From the NCBI GenBank assembly GCA_050950285.1, contig JBMNHG010000003.1, positions 186,001 through 250,000 on the forward strand: 64,000 bases of DNA, read 5' to 3'. Source of the stretch: Kiritimatiellia bacterium (GTDB taxonomy: Bacteria > Verrucomicrobiota > Kiritimatiellia > RFP12 > JBMNHG01). How positions within the stretch are numbered: the first letter of the stretch is position 1; each line of letters begins with the position of its first letter. The notes under the pieces are model-generated. The model worked only from the letters and a program-made list of their open reading frames with translations. It had not been told where the DNA came from and made no database searches. This document shows positions 39,567-48,208 of the stretch, in pieces. The translations under genes were made by a program, and so were the position numbers.

Positions 39567-40738
39567 AAAGGAAAATGTATGTGTTTGCCGCGCTGTTGAC
39601 CATAGCGCTTGTTGGCCTCTTCATTCGGAGACCTGAAAAGCAAGGAACAGACGCCCCCAAACACAAGCAACACGATTCGCCGGAACAATCTTCCCCGATT
39701 GCGCTCGTTGAGGCAGATAATGCGGAGTCAAGCGGGACAGGCCGCGGAAAAATGCCTCTTCCCGGTCGCAGAGTGTACAAGCCGACAAGTCTTCAGGTCG
39801 GGCAGGGAGGGGCGACGGTAATCGAGATTGACCACGGGTTAAGATTGGTGGACAGGTTCAAGGGGGAACGCTATTCGGATGATGTTGAAAATGGGAAAAG
39901 AAAAGGCGCAATGGGAGCCATCACGTTACGAGTGGTTGACTCGACAGGAGTTCCGGTCGAGGGTGCGGAACTGTTCGGCGGTTTCTGGACTAACAATCCC
40001 GATGATACGCCCGTGACAGGTATAAGTGACGAAAACGGGAATATATCAGTAGAACATCTCTGTACTGGAGACTTTAACTTTTCGATCACTAAGAATGGCT
40101 ATTACAGGACAACGTTGAGATATTGGTTTTTCAAGACGGGGTTTGATTGTGCCAAGGACGGACGCTGGCTGCCGTGGAATCCCACTGTGGAAGTCACGCT
40201 AAAAGAGAAGCGGAATCCAATTTCGATGGCTGGCGTGAACCGCCTGCTGTTTGCGTTCCCGATACGCCAAAAGGCGGGTTTTGATTTCGAGATTGGAGAT
40301 TTGGTTGAACCGTTTGGCAACGGGAAGACTCCCGATATTTCATTCTGGTATGATTCATGGCAAGACATTACCCCGTACTGTTATTCCAATCGTTTTGTTG
40401 TGGCGGTTGAGGATGGCGGAGCTATAGCAACAATGCGCAAGGATTCATTCAGCGATTTCAAGTTCGCCTATGCGCCGCCGGATTCAGGGTGGGTCTCCGG
40501 CTTAGCACTCGGCATGGTCCGAACAGAGGACCAGATATTGAGTAATGTCGCTCTCGCCAAAGAGGAATACTGGGTGATTGCCGTGCGGAGAGGAGAGATA
40601 AAGCGGTTTGCAGTGGTCAGCGATTTTGAGTTCGGCGGCTCTGAGCGTGGGACTAATTTCTGCGGTGTGCTACTATCGTATTATCTGAATCCGAACGCGG
40701 GAGATACCAACCTTGAGATCAAGGGACATTATCCGTGA
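39563..40738 (+). CDS. Membrane-anchored carboxypeptidase-regulatory-like domain protein; putative immunity protein 1
   Basis: ATGA overlap with the toxin; N-terminal [38 protein letters not shown]-terminal [13 protein letters not shown]; low GC. Confidence 0.75.
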   Translation: MKRKMYVFAALLTIALVGLFIRRPEKQGTDAPKHKQHDSPEQSSPIALVEADNAESSGTGRGKMPLPGRRVYKPTSLQVGQGGATVIEIDHGLRLVDRFKGERYSDDVENGKRKGAMGAITLRVVDSTGVPVEGAELFGGFWTNNPDDTPVTGISDENGNISVEHLCTGDFNFSITKNGYYRTTLRYWFFKTGFDCAKDGRWLPWNPTVEVTLKEKRNPISMAGVNRLLFAFPIRQKAGFDFEIGDLVEPFGNGKTPDISFWYDSWQDITPYCYSNRFVVAVEDGGAIATMRKDSFSDFKFAYAPPDSGWVSGLALGMVRTEDQILSNVALAKEEYWVIAVRRGEIKRFAVVSDFEFGGSERGTNFCGVLLSYYLNPNAGDTNLEIKGHYP

Positions 40739-41232
40739 TGAAGTACCGTCAGAAGCAGGAGACGCACAAGGGGCGCGGCGGCCTCGACCCGGCCGGCACC
40801 TCATGGGCCGGCTGGGGTTTCGCGGAACATGCGGAACTGGTAAATATGTATCCGCCATCCTATGTGATGATCCGCGACTACACACTCGCGGAAGCCAACT
40901 CCGCCACCCCCGGCCAGTTGCGCGACAGTCCCGTCTTCCGCCACGACCCTTCCACCATGTTCACCAACACGATCCCCGTCGCGCACCGCAACGAGCTGCT
41001 GGCGAAGGCAATCCCCGCGCTCTCACCCTCGGCAGGGGGAGTTATGCTCCCGCAACTTACGAGTTCTAGGAATTTCGACATGAACACCGACTTCAAGCCT
41101 GATGGCGGAGTGTGGGGGCGGGATCATGGCGACTACGGCAAGCGCTGGCTGCATAACGACATGAGGGAGATGGCCTTCTTCTATACACACAAGCTCTTCA
41201 AGCATCTGGTCGTGCAGGGGGATTTGCAATGA
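40735..41232 (+). CDS. Orphan alternative C-terminal tip of the hydrolase toxin
   Basis: Begins [24 protein letters not shown] and contains RNELLAKAIPALS, NFDMN and RWLHNDMREMAFFY; collinear with the last ~175 aa of 33657-39566 but divergent. Confidence 0.8.
   Translation: MMKYRQKQETHKGRGGLDPAGTSWAGWGFAEHAELVNMYPPSYVMIRDYTLAEANSATPGQLRDSPVFRHDPSTMFTNTIPVAHRNELLAKAIPALSPSAGGVMLPQLTSSRNFDMNTDFKPDGGVWGRDHGDYGKRWLHNDMREMAFFYTHKLFKHLVVQGDLQ
40756..40823 (+). repeat. Cassette junction repeat copy 2
   Basis: Similar to 39033-39100. Confidence 0.85.
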
Positions 41233-42437
41233 GAAATACCAGACTTGTTCTAGTTCTTGCCGTTGCCGTCTGCGCCGTCATCATTGCCGTGCTGCTGCTG
41301 CGCCGTGATGACCGTGGAATACGGCACCCGACAAGCGGTGCTGGCGGCACTTCTAATGTGGTACAATCAGCCGCGGTCGTCGCGCACCACGTCGAAGGAG
41401 CACCCGAATGGGAAGATGCGTCGGCAGAGCGAGTTGCAACGCGCTTGGCAACACAGATAAGCGATAGCGAACTGGTCCGCCTTGAACCGGGGCACCCCAA
41501 ACCCGCGCATATCACCAGGGCACAGGAGGAGGGTGCGCGGGCCAGAATCACCTTCCTTGTGGTTGACGACCGTGGGCGTCCGGTTCCGGATGCCACGGTC
41601 GCCGGCGGGTTCTACAACCACGGGCGGGGCGACCACAGCTTCTCGCGCCAGACGCGGAGCGACGGGACGGTCGAGCTTGAGGATCTCTGTGTATGGGAGA
41701 TAAACTACCATGTCGAGAAGCCAGGCTATTATGAGACGCGGGATCGCTATGATTTCTACAAGATTGGGTTCGACTGCGTTAAAAACGGACGCTGGATACC
41801 CTGGAACCCGACAGTCGAGGTTGTTCTCAAACGCAAGATTAATCCGATCGCAATGTATGTTCGCCGAGGCAAGCTCAACAGAGTGGCGCTACCGAAACTC
41901 GACGATTGGACTGGGTTTGATTTGGAGTGTTCTGACTGGCTTCAACCGTATGGCAATGGCAAACGTGAAGATTTTCAGGTGTTTTTCCGGCGTGGAGAAA
42001 CGAATCACATGGGGGTGTTTAATCAGTTTTCACTGTCGTTCCGATTTTGCAAGCCTTTTGACGGGGCATACCTGTCTCATAAAGACAATACAGGCAGCCA
42101 ACTTCAATGCGTCTATGAGGCTGACACAAACCGTCTCTACGATACTAAAATGGAGTTTTCTTATGAAAGATTGACTGATCTGGCGAATGGTCGTGTTGTA
42201 GTCAACAACAAATTGCTGGGGGAAGAGGAGTATTTGGTGCTAAGGGTCAGGAGCGAGTCGGATGCTGATGGCAGACTAATTAAGGCAAACTATGCAAAAA
42301 TCTGTCCGCCGCTATTTGCGGCTTTTTATGGATTCCAGATGACGACCTACTTCAATCCCAACGAAAATGACCCGAATCTTGAGGCCGACACGAGTAGGAA
42401 CCTTCTCAATCCTAGCGACCTGGGTTTTGCACCATGA
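41229..42437 (+). CDS. Paralogous membrane-anchored putative immunity protein 2
   Basis: ATGA overlap with the orphan tip; TM anchor; [47 protein letters not shown]. Confidence 0.75.
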   Translation: MRNTRLVLVLAVAVCAVIIAVLLLRRDDRGIRHPTSGAGGTSNVVQSAAVVAHHVEGAPEWEDASAERVATRLATQISDSELVRLEPGHPKPAHITRAQEEGARARITFLVVDDRGRPVPDATVAGGFYNHGRGDHSFSRQTRSDGTVELEDLCVWEINYHVEKPGYYETRDRYDFYKIGFDCVKNGRWIPWNPTVEVVLKRKINPIAMYVRRGKLNRVALPKLDDWTGFDLECSDWLQPYGNGKREDFQVFFRRGETNHMGVFNQFSLSFRFCKPFDGAYLSHKDNTGSQLQCVYEADTNRLYDTKMEFSYERLTDLANGRVVVNNKLLGEEEYLVLRVRSESDADGRLIKANYAKICPPLFAAFYGFQMTTYFNPNENDPNLEADTSRNLLNPSDLGFAP

Positions 42438-42460
42438 TGCAGCGCTTCAGCAATGAGCCC

Positions 42461-42541
42461 CACAACGACATGAGGAAGATGGCCTTCTTCTATAACTTCA
42501 AGCTCTATGAAGATGTGGTTTCCAAAGGAGGCTTGAAATGA
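42461..42541 (+). pseudogene. Chimeric extreme C-terminal toxin remnant
   Basis: HNDMRKMAFFY (orphan-type) followed by [15 protein letters not shown] (identical to the main toxin end). Confidence 0.8.
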
Positions 42542-43065
42542 AAAGGAAAATGTATGTGTTTGCCGCGCTGTTGACCATAGCGCTTGTTGGCCTCTTCATT
42601 CGGAGACCTGAAAAGCAAGGAACAGACGCCCCCAAACACAAGCAGCACGATTCACCGGAACAATCTTCCCGGATTGCGCTCGTTGAGGCAGATAATGCGG
42701 AGTCAAACGGGACAGGCCGCGAAAAAATGCCTCTTCCCGGTCGCAGAGTGTGCAAGCCGACAAGTCTTCAGGTCGGGCAGGGGGGGCGACGGTAATCGAG
42801 ATTGACCACGGGTTAAGATTGGTAGACAGGTTTAAAGGGGAGCGCTATTCGGATGATGTTGAAAAGGGGAAAAGACAAGGCGCAATGGGAGCCATCACGT
42901 TACGAGTGGTTGACACGACAGGAACTCCGGTTGAGGGGGCGGAACTGTTCGGCGGTTTCTGGACTAATAATCCCGATGATACGCCCGTGACAGGTATAAG
43001 TGACGAATTACCTGAACCCGAATCCGGATGATACTAACCTTGAGATCAAGGGACGTTATCCCTGA
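42538..43065 (+). pseudogene. Duplicated immunity-1 gene with a 1-bp frameshift and ~650-bp internal deletion
   Basis: Near-identical to 39563-40033 and then to 40681-40738; GGGAGGGG collapsed to G7 near 42780. Confidence 0.88.
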
Positions 43066-43232
43066 TGAAGCACCGCCAGAAGCAGGAGACGCACAAGGGG
43101 TGCGGCGCTCTCGACCCGTACGGCACCACATGGGCGGGCCGGGGGTTCTGGGAGCGGGCCTTGCCGCTTGTGGGCAACGTCTACAGCAAGAACGCCGCCT
43201 TCCTGCACGACTCGGGAATCGCGCGCGTATAG
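43065..43232 (+). pseudogene. Third, truncated orphan toxin tip (contains junction repeat copy 3 at 43083-43148)
   Basis: [28 protein letters not shown] then diverges (WERALPLVGNVYSKNAAF...). Confidence 0.75.
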
Positions 43233-43280
43233 CAACAGGGGACAGACATGCATTCCATCTGCAACGATGGAGGTTCATCT

Positions 43281-43868
43281 ATGAACGCCAAGATATCCAA
43301 TCCGCTGATACTCCGCTGTATTTTGGGGTTGATCTTCACCCTTGTGTTCTATGCGATGGCGATTTCCATTGCGGGGGGGGGTGATATACTTGGCTTTGAC
43401 AGGTGCCGTGAATGAAATACGAACGACAGGAAGCCTCCATCTCTCCTGGATATTGCTTGTCATTGCGGCGCTTCGTTGATCTCTCATCCTTGGGAAAGCC
43501 AGAAATTCCAGTGCGGCGATTCTCCCGTTCAACCCCTATTGTTTCTATTGCAATGGGCTTGTGGCGAGTTTGCGCAAGAGCAATGGGACACGGTGTGTTC
43601 CTGGAAGAACCTTGGAGATGTCGAGATTGGCGGAGCCCTCCAACAAGCATGTGAACAGGTCATCAAGGATGCGCAAGACAGGGCGCTTGCAGAAGCGGAC
43701 AGGAGTCATCCGGAAGCCGACAAGCGATCAACGGTCATTCTGCGGCCGGCGAACGGGGAAAAAACGATCGTTACCTGTAGATGCGGGTGCAAGATGAGGG
43801 TTTTGCGTCGCGGCAAAATGCGTAGCGTTCGGTGCCCCAAGTGTCGTACCCTGGTTTCACTTCCATGA
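43281..43868 (+). pseudogene. Degraded low-GC membrane-protein gene with C-terminal Zn-ribbon
   Basis: GGAGG RBS, MNAKISNPLILRCILGLIFTLVFYAMAISIAGG broken at a G9 run (43373-43381); a distal frame ends CRCG...CPKC. Confidence 0.4.
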
Positions 43869-45934
43869 ATGCAAGGGCTGAGGACAGGGACATCAGAGCG
43901 AAGCAATTTCGCTGCGGGAAGCGGCGCGGGGTTGTTTCGCGGGAGGTGCTGGCGATGGGCCTCCTCTTCGCCGTACTGCCTTCGTGCGCCGAGGCCCCGC
44001 GGCTCTCCCGCGGCGTGCCGCAATCCGGGTCGAACGCTCCTTGGGTGTTGGAGGCAATCCGCACGGCGGACCAGGTCCTCGCCGCCGGCGGCGTGCAGGT
44101 GCCGGAGGAGGCGGGCGACTGGATCTTCTACTACTCCTGCCCCGACCACGACCGCGAACTCGAACGACGCGGCGGTGAAAACGTCTGCCCCGTCTGCGGG
44201 AAGACCTACGACACCGCGAAGGTTCGCGGCGCCTGGGCCACGCGCCGCCACGACCTTGCGAACGAGCAGTGCCTCGCCCTGGCCCGAGCCTGGCGGGCCA
44301 CCTCGAATCCCGCCTATGCCGAATGCGTTTGGCACGCGCTGCTCCTCTATGCGGAGCGAATGCCGGACTGGGGACGCCACGACCGCTGGGGCCGCAAGGG
44401 GCTGCTCGCCGTCGGCGGCGGACGCCGCTACGCGCAAAGCCTCGACGACTCGTGCGGGATCATCGCCCTCGCCCGCGCCTTCGACATGGTTCGCGACTCT
44501 CCCGCCGCGCAATCCGAGGCGGAACGCGAACGCATCGTCGAGGGCCTCCTCCGCGAAACCGCCGGCAGCATCTATGCGCTCTATCCGCTGTACGAGGCGC
44601 GCGACAACCACATGGCCTGGTTCAACGCCGCCGCGGCCGTCGTCGGCGCCGTCATCGGCGACGATTCGCTTGTCGCCCGCGCTCTCGACGGATCGAAGGG
44701 GCTGCGCTGGCAACTGGAAAACAGCGTCACGAAGGACGGCGTCTGGTACGAGGGCGCAACGGGCTACCACTACTACGCGCTCGACGCGATTGTCCATGCC
44801 ATCGAGGCCGCCCGCGCCGCCGGCTTCGACGTAGACGATGCCGCGGAAACGGCCGAGAAGATGTTCCTCGCGCCCGCCCGCCTCTGCTATCCGGACAACA
44901 CCATCCCCGCCGTGAACGATTCCTACAAGTGGACCTTCCCGCACAACGACCCCCGCCTGCGCGATGCGGCGGAGGTCCTCGATTCCCCCGGACTGCGAGA
45001 CATCGCCGCAAACGGCTTCGACCCTTCCCGCCTCGACCTCCCCAGCGAAGCGCTCGAAGGTGCGGGGCTGGTCTTCCTCCGCACCCCCGCCGACGCGCCC
45101 GGAGGACAAGCCGTGGCGGTCCTCGATTTCGGCGAACACGGCGACTGGCACGGCCATCCCGACAAGATGAACCTCCTCTACTTCGCGGCGGGCCGCGAGG
45201 TCTTCACCGACATCGGCTGGATCTCCTACCGCTGCCCCGAATACAAAACGTGGGCGCGGACCACCATCGCCCACAACACGGTCACCCTCGACGGCGCAAA
45301 CCAATCGCCCGACAACGGCTCGCTGCCCGCCTTCGAAGACCGCATGCGCGACGAAGGCGGCTTCGCCTTCGCGATCGGCGAAAGCCGTGGCGCGTATCCC
45401 GGCGCGACATTGCGCCGGGCGCTCGTGCTCTTCGCGGACGGCACGCTCGTCGACCTCTTCCGGGTCGAATCGGAAAAGCCGCGAACCATGGACTGGGCGC
45501 TGCATACGACAGGCTCGCTGTCCGTCCCCGAGGCAGGCGGGGAATGCGGGAAACTGGGCGACGATGAAGACCACGGCTACCCGCGCATGCGCGAAGAAAG
45601 GCGGCACGCCGCTTTTTCCGACGTGCTGTGGACGGCCCTGGACGGGGACGCCCCCGTCGAGACGCGGCTGCTGGCTCCGGACGGCGTGCCGGAAACGCTC
45701 TACACCGCGATCGGCGTGGGCCATCGCCTCGACGAACGCGCCCCCATGCTCGTCCGCCGCCGGGAAGCCGCCGCCACGACCGTCTTCGCGGCCGTCCATT
45801 CCCCCGCTCCCGGAAGAGCCGCCACCTGGAGCGCCACATCCGAAGATCCGGAGCGGATTTCCCTGCAAGGATCGGCCGGAGACCGCACCGTCTCCGTCGA
45901 ATGGGACGGCGCGAGCACCTTGACCGTCCGATGA
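43865..45934 (+). CDS. Heparinase II/III / alginate-lyase-type polysaccharide lyase
   Basis: DNHMAWFNAA, DGVWYEGATGYHYY, HGHPDK, AHNTVTLDG; N-terminal CPDH...CPVC; start uncertain. Confidence 0.85.
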   Translation: MNARAEDRDIRAKQFRCGKRRGVVSREVLAMGLLFAVLPSCAEAPRLSRGVPQSGSNAPWVLEAIRTADQVLAAGGVQVPEEAGDWIFYYSCPDHDRELERRGGENVCPVCGKTYDTAKVRGAWATRRHDLANEQCLALARAWRATSNPAYAECVWHALLLYAERMPDWGRHDRWGRKGLLAVGGGRRYAQSLDDSCGIIALARAFDMVRDSPAAQSEAERERIVEGLLRETAGSIYALYPLYEARDNHMAWFNAAAAVVGAVIGDDSLVARALDGSKGLRWQLENSVTKDGVWYEGATGYHYYALDAIVHAIEAARAAGFDVDDAAETAEKMFLAPARLCYPDNTIPAVNDSYKWTFPHNDPRLRDAAEVLDSPGLRDIAANGFDPSRLDLPSEALEGAGLVFLRTPADAPGGQAVAVLDFGEHGDWHGHPDKMNLLYFAAGREVFTDIGWISYRCPEYKTWARTTIAHNTVTLDGANQSPDNGSLPAFEDRMRDEGGFAFAIGESRGAYPGATLRRALVLFADGTLVDLFRVESEKPRTMDWALHTTGSLSVPEAGGECGKLGDDEDHGYPRMREERRHAAFSDVLWTALDGDAPVETRLLAPDGVPETLYTAIGVGHRLDERAPMLVRRREAAATTVFAAVHSPAPGRAATWSATSEDPERISLQGSAGDRTVSVEWDGASTLTVR

Positions 45935-45967
45935 CCGCAAGGGCGGGGGAGAAGCGTTGGGGGGGCA

Positions 45968-46010
45968 AAAAAGAACGAAGGGCCATCCCGTTTCCGGGAC
46001 GGCCCTTTCT
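45968..46010 (-). terminator. Rho-independent terminator after rplT
   Basis: AAGGGCCATCCCG-tttc-CGGGACGGCCCTT stem with a nearby A-run on the + strand. Confidence 0.6.
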
Positions 46011-46030
46011 CATGGGCGAACCGCAGCGGC

Positions 46031-46387
46031 TCAGGCCAGTGCGGCCTTGGCGCGCTCGGCGATCGCCGTGAAGCCTTCGGGATCGTGGATGGCGATCTCG
46101 GAGAGCATCTTGCGGTTGAGGATCACGCCTGCCTTGGTGAGGCCCTCGATCAGCCGGCTGTAGGTGAGGCCATTGGCGCGGCTGGCGGCGTTGACGCGGG
46201 CGATCCAGAGCTGGCGGAACTCCCTCTTGCGGCGTTTGCGGTGCTCCGTCGCCATGCTCATCGCCCGGTTGACGGACTCGGTGGCTTGGCGGATGAGCTT
46301 GCTGCGGGAGCCGCGGAAACCGGCGGCTTGCTTCAGGATCCGGCGGCGGCGAGCGCGCGAGGCCGGCGCATTGGTGGTTCTAGGCAT
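46031..46387 (-). CDS. rplT: 50S ribosomal protein L20
   Basis: MPRTTNAPASRARRRRILKQAAGFRG...REFRQLWIARVNAA...LNRKMLSEIA. Confidence 0.97.
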   Translation of the reverse strand: MPRTTNAPASRARRRRILKQAAGFRGSRSKLIRQATESVNRAMSMATEHRKRRKREFRQLWIARVNAASRANGLTYSRLIEGLTKAGVILNRKMLSEIAIHDPEGFTAIAERAKAALA

Positions 46388-46415
46388 GGTCTATTCTCCG
46401 TAGTGTCCGGGATGA

Positions 46416-46613
46416 TCAGTATGTGGAGAGCATGCGGCTCGCGGTCGCATGCATTGTCTCGTTCACAACTTTGGTTCCACGGAGGTTGCGTTTGCGCTTG
46501 CGAGTCTTGCAGGAGTTGAGGTGCCTCTTCCCCGCTTGCGTTCGCATGACCTTGCCCGTGGCCGACATTTTAAGGCGCTTGGTAGCGGACCTTTTCGTTT
46601 TCTGTTTTGGCAT
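46416..46613 (-). CDS. rpmI: 50S ribosomal protein L35
   Basis: MPKQKTKRSATKRLKMSATGKV...GKRHL...KRKRNLR. Confidence 0.96.
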   Translation of the reverse strand: MPKQKTKRSATKRLKMSATGKVMRTQAGKRHLNSCKTRKRKRNLRGTKVVNETMHATASRMLSTY

Positions 46614-46782
46614 GTGCTGCCCTTTCCGGCGACATCCCGCGTTTTGCGCGCCACAAGGCATGCTCCGGCGGAACATCCGCAGAGGCGTCGCAATCCAACC
46701 CGCCGGGCAGTCAGCCGAACGGCCCGGGCAAGCAAGCGGAGCGCCCCTGCGCACGAACCCCATCGGGTCCGTGAAAAGCGAC

Positions 46783-46811
46783 ACCATACCCCACTTCCCG
46801 CGCCCTGTCCA
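46783..46811 (-). promoter_or_regulatory. Putative sigma70 promoter for rpmI-rplT
   Basis: TGGACA-N17-TATGGT on the minus strand. Confidence 0.5.
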
Positions 46812-47002
46812 TCCGAAAAGCCCCGTTTGTGAGACCGCAGCCGCGGGCCGGGGTCCCCGGCGGCGCCTGGATCTGGCTCATCAACGGTTCTTTTCAGGGT
46901 GAATCGCGAGGCGGCGCACGGTGGCTGGCATGCGCAGTCCGGAGATTGGGGATTGCCCGGCGTGCGGGGTTCCGTGTATGATCCTGGTTTGCGGCATCCT
47001 GT

Positions 47003-47090
<88 letters not shown>

Positions 47091-47151
47091 AACCGCGTGG
47101 CCGCGTGTTCGCCCATCGCGGCGCGCCGTTTTTTTTGGGGGGGCTCCGGGG

Positions 47152-48165
47152 TCAGGAGGGGTCGAGGACGGCGCGGGTCATCGCGAAGTATTTTTCGTCC
47201 GGGATGTATTCGGGCACGCTGTTTCCGGTTCCGAGGGCGTAGCCGCCCCGGGCGCCCATGGCGACGAGGCGGGAGGCGCGGGCGGTGATTTCCTCTTCGG
47301 TCGAGCGGAGGATGAAGTCCACATCGAGTCCGCCGAGGATGGCGATGCGCGATCCCCAGCAGGCGTAGGCCTCCTCCACGGGCTGGATGACGTCCTCGAA
47401 GGAGTGTTTCCCGTCGTAGCGCATGTCGTCGACGATGTCGTCCATCACGTCGCCGACGTAGCCGCAGGAGTGGAGGACGGCGGGGATTCCGGCGTTGTGG
47501 GCGACTTCGACGATCCGCTTGTGCCAGGGGAAGACGAACCGTCGCATGTCTGCGGGGGAGAGCATGGTTTGGGTCTTGAAGCCCCAGTCGTCGTTCGACA
47601 TGAGGAGGCCGATGGAGCGGCTTTGCACCGAGCGGCGGTAGTAGGTCACGAGGCGGGAGCCGACGGCCTCGAAGATGTCGTAGACGAGGGCCGGGTCGTC
47701 GGCGACGAGGAAGCAGAGGTTGTCGTAGCCGACGAGCGAGATGACGTTCTCGAGTACGCCTCCGGGGCCGGCGACCATGAGTTTCATGCCGCGGAGGTCG
47801 TCGCCGACGGCGTCGAACGACGAGTAGTCGTCGGCATCGGGATTGGGCCAGGGGTATCGGTCGAACGATGCGCGGCCGGTGATGACGGCGCCGTCGTTGA
47901 GGGAGACGGTTTGCGCGCGGGCTCGTTCCTTTCCGGGGAAGGACATGGGGGCGTGGACGGTGGCGTAGTCGTAGCCGGCGGCGCGGAAGGCGCGGATGGC
48001 GAGGCGATGTGCGTCGGGGCGGCTGCAGGAGGCGATGGTGTCCCAGTCCGGGCCGACGAGCCGGCGGTAGAGGCGCGGGTTCAGGAAGAACTCGAAGAGG
48101 GCGGGGCTGTCCGGCGTTTCGCGACGGAGGACCTTGAGGATCCGGGTGAAATCCGCGTTTCGCAT
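47152..48165 (-). CDS. Uroporphyrinogen decarboxylase-family (MtaA/CmuA-like) protein
   Basis: NDDWGFKTQTMLSP, LHSCG, ILGGLDVD, GYALGTGNSVP. Confidence 0.88.
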   Translation of the reverse strand: MRNADFTRILKVLRRETPDSPALFEFFLNPRLYRRLVGPDWDTIASCSRPDAHRLAIRAFRAAGYDYATVHAPMSFPGKERARAQTVSLNDGAVITGRASFDRYPWPNPDADDYSSFDAVGDDLRGMKLMVAGPGGVLENVISLVGYDNLCFLVADDPALVYDIFEAVGSRLVTYYRRSVQSRSIGLLMSNDDWGFKTQTMLSPADMRRFVFPWHKRIVEVAHNAGIPAVLHSCGYVGDVMDDIVDDMRYDGKHSFEDVIQPVEEAYACWGSRIAILGGLDVDFILRSTEEEITARASRLVAMGARGGYALGTGNSVPEYIPDEKYFAMTRAVLDPS

Positions 48166-48208
48166 GGGGGCGCTCCTGGGGTTGCCGAGGCGTGTGGGCG
48201 GAGGGGGA

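Noticed and set aside
39033..43148. Diversity-generating retroelement TR/VR pair
   Set aside because: Differences between copies are not adenine-specific and no intact RT is present.
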